A stretch of 59,504 nt of DNA, the filler included. It is 3 parts of 3 records of this genome, joined end to end, with 100 filler letters (N's around TTAATTAATTAA, not from the genome) between each part and the next. Parts side by side here need not be neighbours in the genome. Positions count along the whole stretch, not along the records: positions 19,177 to 50,078 come from SRR2962707_3234; 2 more parts are not named here. One strand, written 5' to 3'. Shown here piece after piece: positions 38,686 through 46,640 of this stretch. A program made the translations under genes and the position numbers. Position 1 is the stretch's first letter. Each line of letters starts with the position of its first letter. A model generated the notes under the pieces. That model saw nothing but the letters and a program-made list of their open reading frames with translations, was not told the origin of the DNA and did not search any database.

Positions 38686-39594
38686 ATGCAATTTGAAAAG
38701 CCTGCAAAAACACCAGAAGAACACATAGAACTTTTGCAAGCTCGCGGTCTCGACGTTCCCGATGTCGACCGAGCAAAACACTATCTCAAATTCATCGGCT
38801 ATTATCGACTGTCCGCTTATTGCAAACCTTTCCTCACTGCCGGTGAAGCAGGGCAGGAGCATATATTCAAACCGAATACGACCTTTGAAAGCCTCCTTGA
38901 TCTTTATATTTTTGACCGACGCCTTCGCTTGCACCTCATGGATGCGATTGAACGCGTGGAAGTTGCGGTTAGAGCGCGATTGAATGACACAATGTGTCTT
39001 GCCCTAGGTTCGCACTGGTATCTGGATCATTCTGCCTACAACCAAGGAAATCCGAACCGGGACTACTGGGTGGAATCAAACAGAATTGTCGATGCAGAGA
39101 CTGGGCCTGCTTCTAATGCTTCTCGAAACAGTGATGCTGTTCGGCACTATTATGCCAAATATACAGATCCCGACCGCCCACCAAGTTGGGTTGTTATTGA
39201 GGAGCTGAGTGTTGGAAAGCTGTCGCGGATCTATAACGGCTTGGAAAATACTTACAAAGAACAGGTAGCGAAGGAATTCAAGATACACCGCTCTGTACTG
39301 TCCTCCTGGCTACATAGTCTGACCGTTCTCCGCAACAAATGCGCACATCACGACAGAACCTGGAATTCGGCCTTGCCGCCTGTTCGCGAACCTCGACACC
39401 GTCCTAGACTGCATCTGAACAAGACTGATCGACTTCAGGGAGCAACAGAGGTCCTTCGATATTTAATGACGATTATCGCACCAGGCTCGACCTGGTATGA
39501 TGAACTCAATGAATTGTTACAGGAATGCCCGGACGGTATTTCGCTCGCTTCAGCGGGCTTCGACTATCGGCCTCGGCCAAATGAGGCGGGGTAG
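38686..39594 (+). CDS. AbiF/AbiD (Abi_2) family HEPN RNase
   Basis: KPAKT...LQARGL, IGYYRLSAY, LYIFDRRLR, IERVEVAVR, PPSW, HEPN RxxxxH motif RNKCAH. Confidence 0.92.
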   Translation: MQFEKPAKTPEEHIELLQARGLDVPDVDRAKHYLKFIGYYRLSAYCKPFLTAGEAGQEHIFKPNTTFESLLDLYIFDRRLRLHLMDAIERVEVAVRARLNDTMCLALGSHWYLDHSAYNQGNPNRDYWVESNRIVDAETGPASNASRNSDAVRHYYAKYTDPDRPPSWVVIEELSVGKLSRIYNGLENTYKEQVAKEFKIHRSVLSSWLHSLTVLRNKCAHHDRTWNSALPPVREPRHRPRLHLNKTDRLQGATEVLRYLMTIIAPGSTWYDELNELLQECPDGISLASAGFDYRPRPNEAG

Positions 39595-39871
39595 GGATGG
39601 CACGGCGTGTTGGTGAGAAATATATGACCAAGCGCTTGGCGCCGATCATCCCCCAGTGATGCCTTCATGTATTCGCAGACTAGGCCGTGAAGCTCAAGTG
39701 CAGTTGATTGCGGAATGGTTTTATTCCCTTCATCAGGATCCGGACACCGGAACGCCATATAATAATAGATTGGCTGAATGCCGTGGTTCTACCTCTCTGA
39801 ATCAAAAAGCTGGAAACAAAGTTCCAGCTTTTCATGTCTTTCCAGCTTAATGCGTCGGCCGTATGGAGTGG

Positions 39872-40213
39872 TCAGCGACAGATTAAGTCGTATTTGTTTC
39901 TCTTATCCTGATCCGTAGGGCCGTCACCGCTGAACCACTCCGAGTGAGTGACGCCGTGGTGTCTGTAGGTGCAATTGACACCCTTTGACGCTTTCGGGGG
40001 GAGGCCGTCAAAATAGGCGACATAGTATTGTGAGGTCCCATTCGTCACCACAGGCACAACAGAGACCAGGTTCCAGCCGCTATTGGCCATCGCGTCCAGT
40101 TCCTGTTGCGTCGGCGGCGCATTGTAATTCTGAACCATATTGCCCGTTTGTTGCGCATTGGCAATGCCGGCCGACAAAATGAACGCTGTGATGGCTGCCG
40201 TCATAAGTTTCAT
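39872..40213 (-). CDS. small secreted protein
   Basis: Signal peptide ending IANA; LDAMANSGWNLVSV motif; C-terminal Cys pair. Confidence 0.65.
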   Translation of the reverse strand: MKLMTAAITAFILSAGIANAQQTGNMVQNYNAPPTQQELDAMANSGWNLVSVVPVVTNGTSQYYVAYFDGLPPKASKGVNCTYRHHGVTHSEWFSGDGPTDQDKRNKYDLICR

Positions 40214-40268
40214 GCTCGTATCCTTGTTATGAAGATTTTGAATTGCTGTTCAGGCTATGCCTGTCTAA

Positions 40269-41078
40269 TCAGGCTAACCCAACTAGTTGTTCCGGTGGGG
40301 TAGAAACTTGGTGCTCGGAGGCATTTTCTGTGCCGCGCGTGTCGCAATTCCGACAGGAACAATTAGTTCGGTTGGTTGTCCATGCAAGGGAATGGGATCG
40401 GCGATCAGCTCCTCTAAGAAAGCTGTCCAGGGCTGAAATGTCGGCATCGATGATTGCGCGCTTGCGCCAGAATGGGCCAAAGGCAGTGTGGCAGCGCAGG
40501 GTCCAGACAAAGTCGCCGCCTGTAGCTTCGTGATGATCAAGGGATGGGCGAAATGTTCCGGAAAGGGACCAATGGTTGGTCAGGGTGCCCGCGAACAGGT
40601 GATCGGACAGCTCTTGCATCAAACCGTCGCATTCCGATCGGAACATCACGTATGGGCCGTTAATCCGAAACTGTGGGAGCAGTCGGTGACAATAAGGACG
40701 CAGATGTCCTTCGCAAGAATAGAGCGTTTCTGTTCGCGGCAGACCATTCAGTGCTTCGCAGAGAGGGGCAATCCGGCGCTCAATCAGCTGGTCAATCTGG
40801 CGCGGGTCCATCCCCGTGATGGCCTTGAACCTCTCATAAACAACCATCGTGATTGGTTCATAGTCATGCAGGTCTGCCCACATCTGAATTGCGATAAGAC
40901 AGCACAGAAGATAATTGGCAGGCTGGAGCGGCAGATCTGCCAAGCCGAGCAAGAACGTTGCACCAAGTGCAAGCAGTACATGTTTGCCATAGGCCAGCAA
41001 GAAGCGCGCCTCAGCGGTCGTTAAGGGCGTTAAAGCCCATCGTGCCGTGTTCGATATCCAGTCTGGGAGGCCGATCAT
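40269..41078 (-). CDS. membrane-anchored hypothetical protein with SCEGH motif
   Basis: Two hydrophobic segments, then IERRIAPLCEALNGLPRTETLYSCEGH...PYVMF; RBS AGGAG. Confidence 0.65.
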   Translation of the reverse strand: MIGLPDWISNTARWALTPLTTAEARFLLAYGKHVLLALGATFLLGLADLPLQPANYLLCCLIAIQMWADLHDYEPITMVVYERFKAITGMDPRQIDQLIERRIAPLCEALNGLPRTETLYSCEGHLRPYCHRLLPQFRINGPYVMFRSECDGLMQELSDHLFAGTLTNHWSLSGTFRPSLDHHEATGGDFVWTLRCHTAFGPFWRKRAIIDADISALDSFLRGADRRSHSLAWTTNRTNCSCRNCDTRGTENASEHQVSTPPEQLVGLA

Positions 41079-41093
41079 CTTGTTCTCCTTGCC

Positions 41094-42098
41094 TTAGGCC
41101 AGAACCATCTGCAGGCCATGCTTGCGACAGCATTCCGAAAGCAGTTGATTGAAACGATTGCGAAGCTGATCGCGGACCAATGGGGAGTGTGGCCTCATCT
41201 CAATCAGCCCGTCGGTAATCCGGGTCGATATCTGCTTCAGCCAGGAAAAGGGCAGGGGGCAGTCGAGGTGAGGATGGTTGGCAAAGTCTTGCGCGATCGC
41301 AGCCCAGGCATCAGACACCTTGCCAAGCATTTCCACACTTTCGGCAGGTCGTGCAGTGGTTTGCGAAGTGCCAATTCCCTGCAAGATATCGAGGAGGGCT
41401 GTGCGTTCAAGGCGTTGCTTTCGAGCGCAGACTTCATTGAGCTGATCGGTGACAGCATCGATGCCGGCACGGTCAATGGCAAGATCGACATGTTGCCGCG
41501 CACTTGCATTGGTCCATGGGTCCCGTGACAGTTGCTGCCAGCGTTTTGTCACCACTTCGATCAGATGTGTTTCTTTTTCCTGGAAGGCAGGCAGGTTGTC
41601 GCCAGCAGTGTCAATGTTGTAGGCGGGCGTTGTCCTTCCATCCGTATTCCTTATATCCGTGTTCTTAAAGAAGGAACCGGAATCTGATACCGGTGCAGAA
41701 CCGGTATCTGTTGCCGGTTTAGAACCGGATTTCACACCCGCTTTTGGCTTTGCACCTGCTTGAACCTGTTCTTTGGGGGGTACCTTGCTGTCAACACCGA
41801 GCAGCTCGTAGGTATTACGGTTCCGCATAAAGCCAGTAGCGTGTGAATTCTTTTTGACCAATTTGCAATTGATCAGCTCATTGATTGCATTTCGAACAGT
41901 ACGCTCGTTTAGCTGGGCTGCTGCGGCGATGGTCGACAATTTGGGAAAGCAAGCCAATGTCTTGTCATTTACGAAACTCACCAGGACGCAAGCGACCAGT
42001 CGAGCAGATGCAGATAACTCTTCTGCCTTGAACACATTTGCCTGCAGCCAGCTAAATCTGTTAACGGCCGATGTGGAAGGTGCGTGAACTGTTTTCAT
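41094..42098 (-). CDS. phage-type replication initiator: N-terminal wHTH (HTH_36-like) plus C-terminal DnaA N-terminal-like domain
   Basis: LSASARLV...CFPKLSTIA..AQLNERTVRNAINEL...NTYEL; C-terminal WAAI...FSWLKQI...DGLIEMRPHSPLVRDQLRNRF. Confidence 0.7.
   Translation of the reverse strand: MKTVHAPSTSAVNRFSWLQANVFKAEELSASARLVACVLVSFVNDKTLACFPKLSTIAAAAQLNERTVRNAINELINCKLVKKNSHATGFMRNRNTYELLGVDSKVPPKEQVQAGAKPKAGVKSGSKPATDTGSAPVSDSGSFFKNTDIRNTDGRTTPAYNIDTAGDNLPAFQEKETHLIEVVTKRWQQLSRDPWTNASARQHVDLAIDRAGIDAVTDQLNEVCARKQRLERTALLDILQGIGTSQTTARPAESVEMLGKVSDAWAAIAQDFANHPHLDCPLPFSWLKQISTRITDGLIEMRPHSPLVRDQLRNRFNQLLSECCRKHGLQMVLA
41674..41745. repeat. 24-bp tandem repeats inside the initiator gene (candidate iterons)
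   Basis: GAACCGGAATCTGATACCGGTGCA / GAACCGGTATCTGTTGCCGGTTTA / GAACCGGATTTC... Confidence 0.65.
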
Positions 42099-42100
42099 TT

Positions 42101-42116
42101 TATAGTGCCTCAGTCA
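42101..42116 (-). promoter_or_regulatory. operator copy TGACTGAGGCACTATA
   Basis: 16/16 identical to 36323-36338, 2 nt upstream of the initiator ATG; degenerate copy at 42151-42163. Confidence 0.75.
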
Positions 42117-42351
42117 TATATTAGGGGTTGATCTCTACCGTTCACGCCCTATATACTCAGGCATGTTCGGTCGCTTCTCGCAGCAACGGGGACGGTCAAC
42201 ACCAAACAAGCCGGGCTTGTGCCGCTGAAATGAAGGCGAGCAAGTTCGTTCAGACAAAAACTTCTGTCTGGCGAATAAGCAAAGACCCAACATTCAGCAC
42301 CAGCAGAAGACTGGTCTGTTGAAAGAGTTGCCGCTCTTTTCTTGGATTTCT

Positions 42352-42375
42352 AGGCCCCGCTGAAAAGCGGGGCCT
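42352..42375. terminator. hairpin terminator after the primase gene
   Basis: AGGCCCCGCT-GAAA-AGCGGGGCCT perfect 10-bp stem. Confidence 0.7.
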
Positions 42376-42389
42376 TTGCTTTTAAGGGC

Positions 42390-43493
42390 TCATAGATACC
42401 TCTCGACAGTCGTGATGGTTTCCGTGATCCAGGCATCCGTGCCCGGGGCTGGTATAGGGTCCGCGAGATCCCAGCCCTTAGGTAAGGGAGTCTCGCTCAC
42501 AGACATCCATGTGCGCTGTGGATCAGCGACATAGAACTCTGGCCATGGGGAAAGCTGAGACAGCAATTTCCCAATCTTCTCCATGGCCAGCATTCCCGGT
42601 CGATACAGCTTGCTGTTAACATCATCGGCGTCAGGCCATCCTATAACCACCTTGGGGGTGTTCGATTGTGATGTCAGGGGAGACCAGTCCACGTGAGCAA
42701 TCCTCTCGACCCCGCCATACCATGTTGTTGCCATGTCAAAGCCTGCTAAGGGCCCTGTCTGGCGTGCTATCATGGCTTGGGCAGCTTCACGGGTTGTTTC
42801 ACCTTCAACCAGCAGAATGCGTGAGGCCTGTAGCAGAGTCGGGGCGTCAAACAGGGGCTGAGGCTGGGGGAGGCCTGCATTATGCCAGGCTTCCCATTGC
42901 AGGCCAGTTTTCCTGTTGCGCAGTTTGCACCATGTCAGGGGTAAAGGGATTTTCTTAAACTCACCTGTTTCCTTGTCCTTGAATTCCAGACGGTAGGAAT
43001 AGCCAAGGATCTCGCCAGATGCTTTGCGCCAGGGCCAAATGCCTTTCACAGCATGGCGATGGCGTTCTGGAATGGTGGGGCTTGTTTCCGGGGCAGGGGT
43101 GATGACCTCAATAACCTCGATGGGTGTCTCTGGGCCATCCCCCCGCCTCCGTCTGCCGTGCTCGTGTCCTTGAACGGCTTGTGGCCGTTCGCTGACGGGC
43201 AGTTTAAGAAAATCTCTTGCCAGCTTGATGGCTTCTGTCTGGTTGCCATCTGAGTAAGCGACGAAAACATCATAGATTCCGCGCAGTCCCCGGTCACCAG
43301 ACGCATAATCCTTGCCAACAAGTTTCTTGCAATTGAACTTGAAAGAGCCATCCTTTTTGGGAGAGGGGGCTTTGCCGAAAACATCGCCGCAGCAAAACTG
43401 ATGGCGGATCATCCTCCCGTGGGGCATTAACCACGTCAGGGCACTGGTCGGGTCCTGATTAAGTCGGTCCTTGATGTCTTCAAGCGTTGTCAT
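42390..43493 (-). CDS. phage/plasmid Toprim primase-like protein without helicase domain
   Basis: N-terminal WLMPHG...GSFKFN...DYASGDRG...EAIKL domain; Toprim LLVEGE, TWYGG, DWSPL, WPDAD, PKGWDLAD. Confidence 0.8.
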   Translation of the reverse strand: MTTLEDIKDRLNQDPTSALTWLMPHGRMIRHQFCCGDVFGKAPSPKKDGSFKFNCKKLVGKDYASGDRGLRGIYDVFVAYSDGNQTEAIKLARDFLKLPVSERPQAVQGHEHGRRRRGDGPETPIEVIEVITPAPETSPTIPERHRHAVKGIWPWRKASGEILGYSYRLEFKDKETGEFKKIPLPLTWCKLRNRKTGLQWEAWHNAGLPQPQPLFDAPTLLQASRILLVEGETTREAAQAMIARQTGPLAGFDMATTWYGGVERIAHVDWSPLTSQSNTPKVVIGWPDADDVNSKLYRPGMLAMEKIGKLLSQLSPWPEFYVADPQRTWMSVSETPLPKGWDLADPIPAPGTDAWITETITTVERYL

Positions 43494-43975
43494 GTGCGCG
43501 GCTCATTGGGTGTTACGATCCGCAATCCCTGCTCAACAATCCGGCTCATCAACTGTGCAGCGCTGATCGAGCTGTCGGCGTTGGAAAGGACTTCCTTGAG
43601 ACGTCGGTCAACAGACTGATGAATGTGTCCGGCAAGCGGCTTGTAACCATTGATTTTAAGCGATCTTTGCTCGCGCGTCTGATCGCAGACATCGGTGTCG
43701 GTAAAAATCACACCGGCTTCTTCATATGTTTTGCGCAGATGCAGGGCGATATTCTCACCAACCAATTGGCCGGTCTCAATCTTGACGATCGTGCGATAAT
43801 CAAGGCCTTTATCCGCTGGATTACGGGCTTGGCGCCACGCAGTACAGGCTTCTGAAGTTTGCTTGTAAGACCAGTCGAGAATAACGGTGCGTGCCCGCCT
43901 TGCCATGATTGGCGAAAGCGTCGCCAATTGATGGGACAGTCGATCTGGCTTGGGCATCGTTGGTCTGGCTTTCAT
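43490..43975 (-). CDS. XRE-type HTH protein with possible C-terminal RHH
   Basis: RRARTVILDWSYKQ...YRTIVKIETG...YEEAGVIF; ATGA-coupled to the primase. Confidence 0.65.
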   Translation of the reverse strand: MKARPTMPKPDRLSHQLATLSPIMARRARTVILDWSYKQTSEACTAWRQARNPADKGLDYRTIVKIETGQLVGENIALHLRKTYEEAGVIFTDTDVCDQTREQRSLKINGYKPLAGHIHQSVDRRLKEVLSNADSSISAAQLMSRIVEQGLRIVTPNEPRT

Positions 43976-44146
43976 GAGACACCTCTCTCTTGCAGAAGTA
44001 TAGGCATAGCGAAATGAATATTGTGTTGCAAGACGTAATGGGCGGAATTGGATGAATGATAATGAAATGCTCTACTGTTTCTTCGCTGTATCCCTGCGGT
44101 TCCCTTGTGGTTGCGAGAACTTGAGCACGATTGAAACGCCCGATAA

Positions 44147-44494
44147 TTACAACGGGTTAGGCGGTTTAGAGATGTCGGGGGGATGATTTTGGGGATTCGA
44201 ATCGTCCGAATCCTCAATATCGACAGAATCGAGCAACCCGGTTTCACTTTCAAAGAGAATGACCCCCAATGCGCGCCCGGCAACAAACGATATCTTGGAA
44301 CCTTTCGTTCCAGGACCACGCTCGTATTTATTGATGATGGAACGCGACGCCGGGATGTTAAACTCGGCCAGCGCGCGTGCGAGATCGCGCTGAGAAAGCC
44401 CGAGCTGTTCGCGCCGATCACGCAAAGATGCCGCGATCAGGTTTTCCAGCTCGGATATGGGCAGGTCTGATAATGGACTTGATCGCGTGCGCAC
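44147..44494 (-). CDS. Cro/XRE-like HTH regulator
   Basis: LRDRREQLGLSQRDLA...SRSIINKYERG; start uncertain (GTG 44494). Confidence 0.8.
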   Translation of the reverse strand: MRTRSSPLSDLPISELENLIAASLRDRREQLGLSQRDLARALAEFNIPASRSIINKYERGPGTKGSKISFVAGRALGVILFESETGLLDSVDIEDSDDSNPQNHPPDISKPPNPL

Positions 44495-44607
44495 TGTGCA
44501 GCCCCATCCGTGGTTACTGATTGTTCCAAGGATGAGGACTAAAAACCCAATAGTCAACTTCTATTGTCCCAATAGGCATTGCAAGTTGGTCCGGCTATGG
44601 TTTCGAA

Positions 44608-45216
44608 ATGGTGCGTAATCTTACAATTGATGAAATACAAAACCTTGTGGACCAAGGGCTTAGGCGTACAGGGCTTTCGCAGCACAAGGCATCAATGCTT
44701 GCTACAGGCAAGAGGGACGCATTGCGCGCAATCGGCTATGGCAAAATGCCGTCTGTCGATCGCTGGCAAGCTATTTGCCATGTTCTGGGGATTCCCTTTC
44801 ACACTGGATTCGCGCCTGAGGATGGTCAGCAGGACATCATGTGGTCGCAGCTGCGCAACGGCGTTCTTTCACCGGCAGATCCTTGCAAGCTTGAGGGGTT
44901 GACCGGGTCTTCTGTCTGGGATGTGGTGGAGATCGCCGACCAAGCATGTCAACCCTTCTGGCAGGAAGGTGACCGGCTTTGTTTTGATCGTGAGGATCCG
45001 CTGGCCAACATACCCGAGCGTCTGATTGGGCTGTGGTGTCTGATCGCCCACGAGAAACACTCAGGCGAGCCGGAACAGTTGCTTGGAAGATGCCGGCGGG
45101 CTGACAAGCAAGATCAGGGCTTGATCAACATTGAGGATCCGTCAGGCCAGCCAACCCGAACGAACATCCAGCCTGTTGAAATACGCCCCTTAAGGATGGT
45201 GCTGCCCAAGGTGTGA
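44608..45216 (+). CDS. CI-like repressor (HTH plus degenerate S24 domain)
   Basis: GLSQHKASMLATG...GKMPSVDRWQAICHVLGI HTH; EIADQACQPFWQEGDRLCFD S24-like segment; divergent from the Cro-like gene. Confidence 0.75.
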   Translation: MVRNLTIDEIQNLVDQGLRRTGLSQHKASMLATGKRDALRAIGYGKMPSVDRWQAICHVLGIPFHTGFAPEDGQQDIMWSQLRNGVLSPADPCKLEGLTGSSVWDVVEIADQACQPFWQEGDRLCFDREDPLANIPERLIGLWCLIAHEKHSGEPEQLLGRCRRADKQDQGLINIEDPSGQPTRTNIQPVEIRPLRMVLPKV

Positions 45217-45250
45217 CGGCGAAATGTGTAATAAAATACACAAATTCTTA

Positions 45251-45287
45251 TTGACGGTTGTGTCAACTTTATAGCATAAAAGCTATA
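45251..45287 (+). promoter_or_regulatory. promoter/operator of the RelE-XRE TA pair
   Basis: TTGAC-n6-GTCAA and TATAGC-n6-GCTATA palindromes overlapping a TTGACG -35 element. Confidence 0.6.
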
Positions 45288-45319
45288 TAGCACATTCGCT
45301 ATCGTTCTTTGAGGTCTGC

Positions 45320-45664
45320 ATGTGGGAAGTCTTGACGACAGAGATCTTCGACGATTGGTATGACAGTCTGGATGAGACGAATAGAGCCAGAATGATGGCG
45401 TTGCTTCTGGTCCTTGCTGACAAGGGGCCTATGTTGGGTCGACCATATGCGGATACTGTCGAAGCTTCTTCCTACAGAAATATGAAGGAATTGCGCGTTC
45501 AGAGCAAAGGGGATCCCCTACGGGCCTTTTTTGCATTCGACCCCAGCCGCCAGGGTATTGTTCTATGTGCCGGTAACAAAGCCGGAAATGAGAAGCGATT
45601 TTACAAGGAAATGATACCGATAGCTGATCGGGAATTTAAAGCACATCTCAGCAAGAAGAAATAA
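45320..45664 (+). CDS. RelE/ParE superfamily toxin (Gp49/Tad/HigB-like)
   Basis: GPMLGRPYADTV...MKELRVQ...RAFFAFDP...LCAGNK. Confidence 0.92.
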   Translation: MWEVLTTEIFDDWYDSLDETNRARMMALLLVLADKGPMLGRPYADTVEASSYRNMKELRVQSKGDPLRAFFAFDPSRQGIVLCAGNKAGNEKRFYKEMIPIADREFKAHLSKKK

Positions 45665-45696
45665 AGGAATCAAACTACAGAAATGGAGTAGGCAAG

Positions 45697-45999
45697 ATGG
45701 CAAAAACGCTTAACGAGTTGTTGGCGCGTGAAAAGCCGGAAGTTGTCGCCCGAGCTAAAGTGGAAGCTGCCGAAATTCTGATGGAACTGAATTTGGCAGA
45801 GCTAAGAGCAATTCTGGATAAGACCCAGGGTGAAATCGCGTCGGCACTCGGTGTTGCGCAACCGACCATTGCGCGTATGGAGAAACCTAGTAACGATCTA
45901 CGGGTTTCCTCATTGAAGCGGTACATAGAGGCCGCTGGTGGTAAATTGCGACTGGATGTAGAGCTGCCGGACGGAAAACATTACGGGTTTTCCATTTAA
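45697..45999 (+). CDS. XRE-family antitoxin (HigA/Ata-like)
   Basis: LAELR...TQGEIASALGVAQPTIARME...LKRYIEAAGGKL; follows the toxin. Confidence 0.9.
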   Translation: MAKTLNELLAREKPEVVARAKVEAAEILMELNLAELRAILDKTQGEIASALGVAQPTIARMEKPSNDLRVSSLKRYIEAAGGKLRLDVELPDGKHYGFSI

Positions 46000-46064
46000 G
46001 TATTACGATCGCAGCGAGATTTTGGCGGTGATTGCGGAATTCTTGGGAAGGGGTATGGAAGATT

Positions 46065-46367
46065 ATGTCATCGGACTATTCTGTAGAACAGATGGAAGAC
46101 GAGCATAATGAGGCGGAGAAACGTCGTTTTGCGATACAAGTTGCAATACCAGTAGCAGTGGATTGCAGCAGTCGGAGCTCGGCAACTGAGGATGTACGAA
46201 ACAGGTTTTCCGAGCAGGCTGATGCCATAACAAACGGTAAAGTCTTTGATGCCCCAAGTGGGGGGAAACATGATTTTCATAATCAGGCACTGAATGACCG
46301 AGACATTCCGAAGGGTATGGAACGCCAGGTCGAGGCAATAGCAAATGAAGTCATGGAAGATCTCTAG
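46065..46367 (+). CDS. acidic hypothetical protein
   Basis: 100-aa ORF co-oriented with the TA pair. Confidence 0.55.
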   Translation: MSSDYSVEQMEDEHNEAEKRRFAIQVAIPVAVDCSSRSSATEDVRNRFSEQADAITNGKVFDAPSGGKHDFHNQALNDRDIPKGMERQVEAIANEVMEDL

Positions 46368-46415
46368 CCTGGAAGCATTAAGCTGAATTGTTGATTAAGA
46401 GCCCGTAGAGGTAAA

Positions 46416-46634
46416 ATGATCAAGTCAGATCCGCACTCAGGACAGACAGAATATCTGGAACACTATCTGGCCCGTTTCAGCTGGAGTGCTGACCGCATTG
46501 AGGCAAAGCTTGATGCGATTGCGTCATCCCGGCGAACAGACAGGTGGTTGAACATTTCAATTGCCCTGTTGGTCGCGGGTATAGCCGTCTTGCTCTGTCT
46601 GGTTCCGATCGTGGTCGCCGTTCCATTCAACTGA
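46416..46634 (+). CDS. small membrane protein
   Basis: RBS GAGG; short coiled segment plus C-terminal hydrophobic helix. Confidence 0.55.
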   Translation: MIKSDPHSGQTEYLEHYLARFSWSADRIEAKLDAIASSRRTDRWLNISIALLVAGIAVLLCLVPIVVAVPFN

Positions 46635-46640
46635 ACCCGC

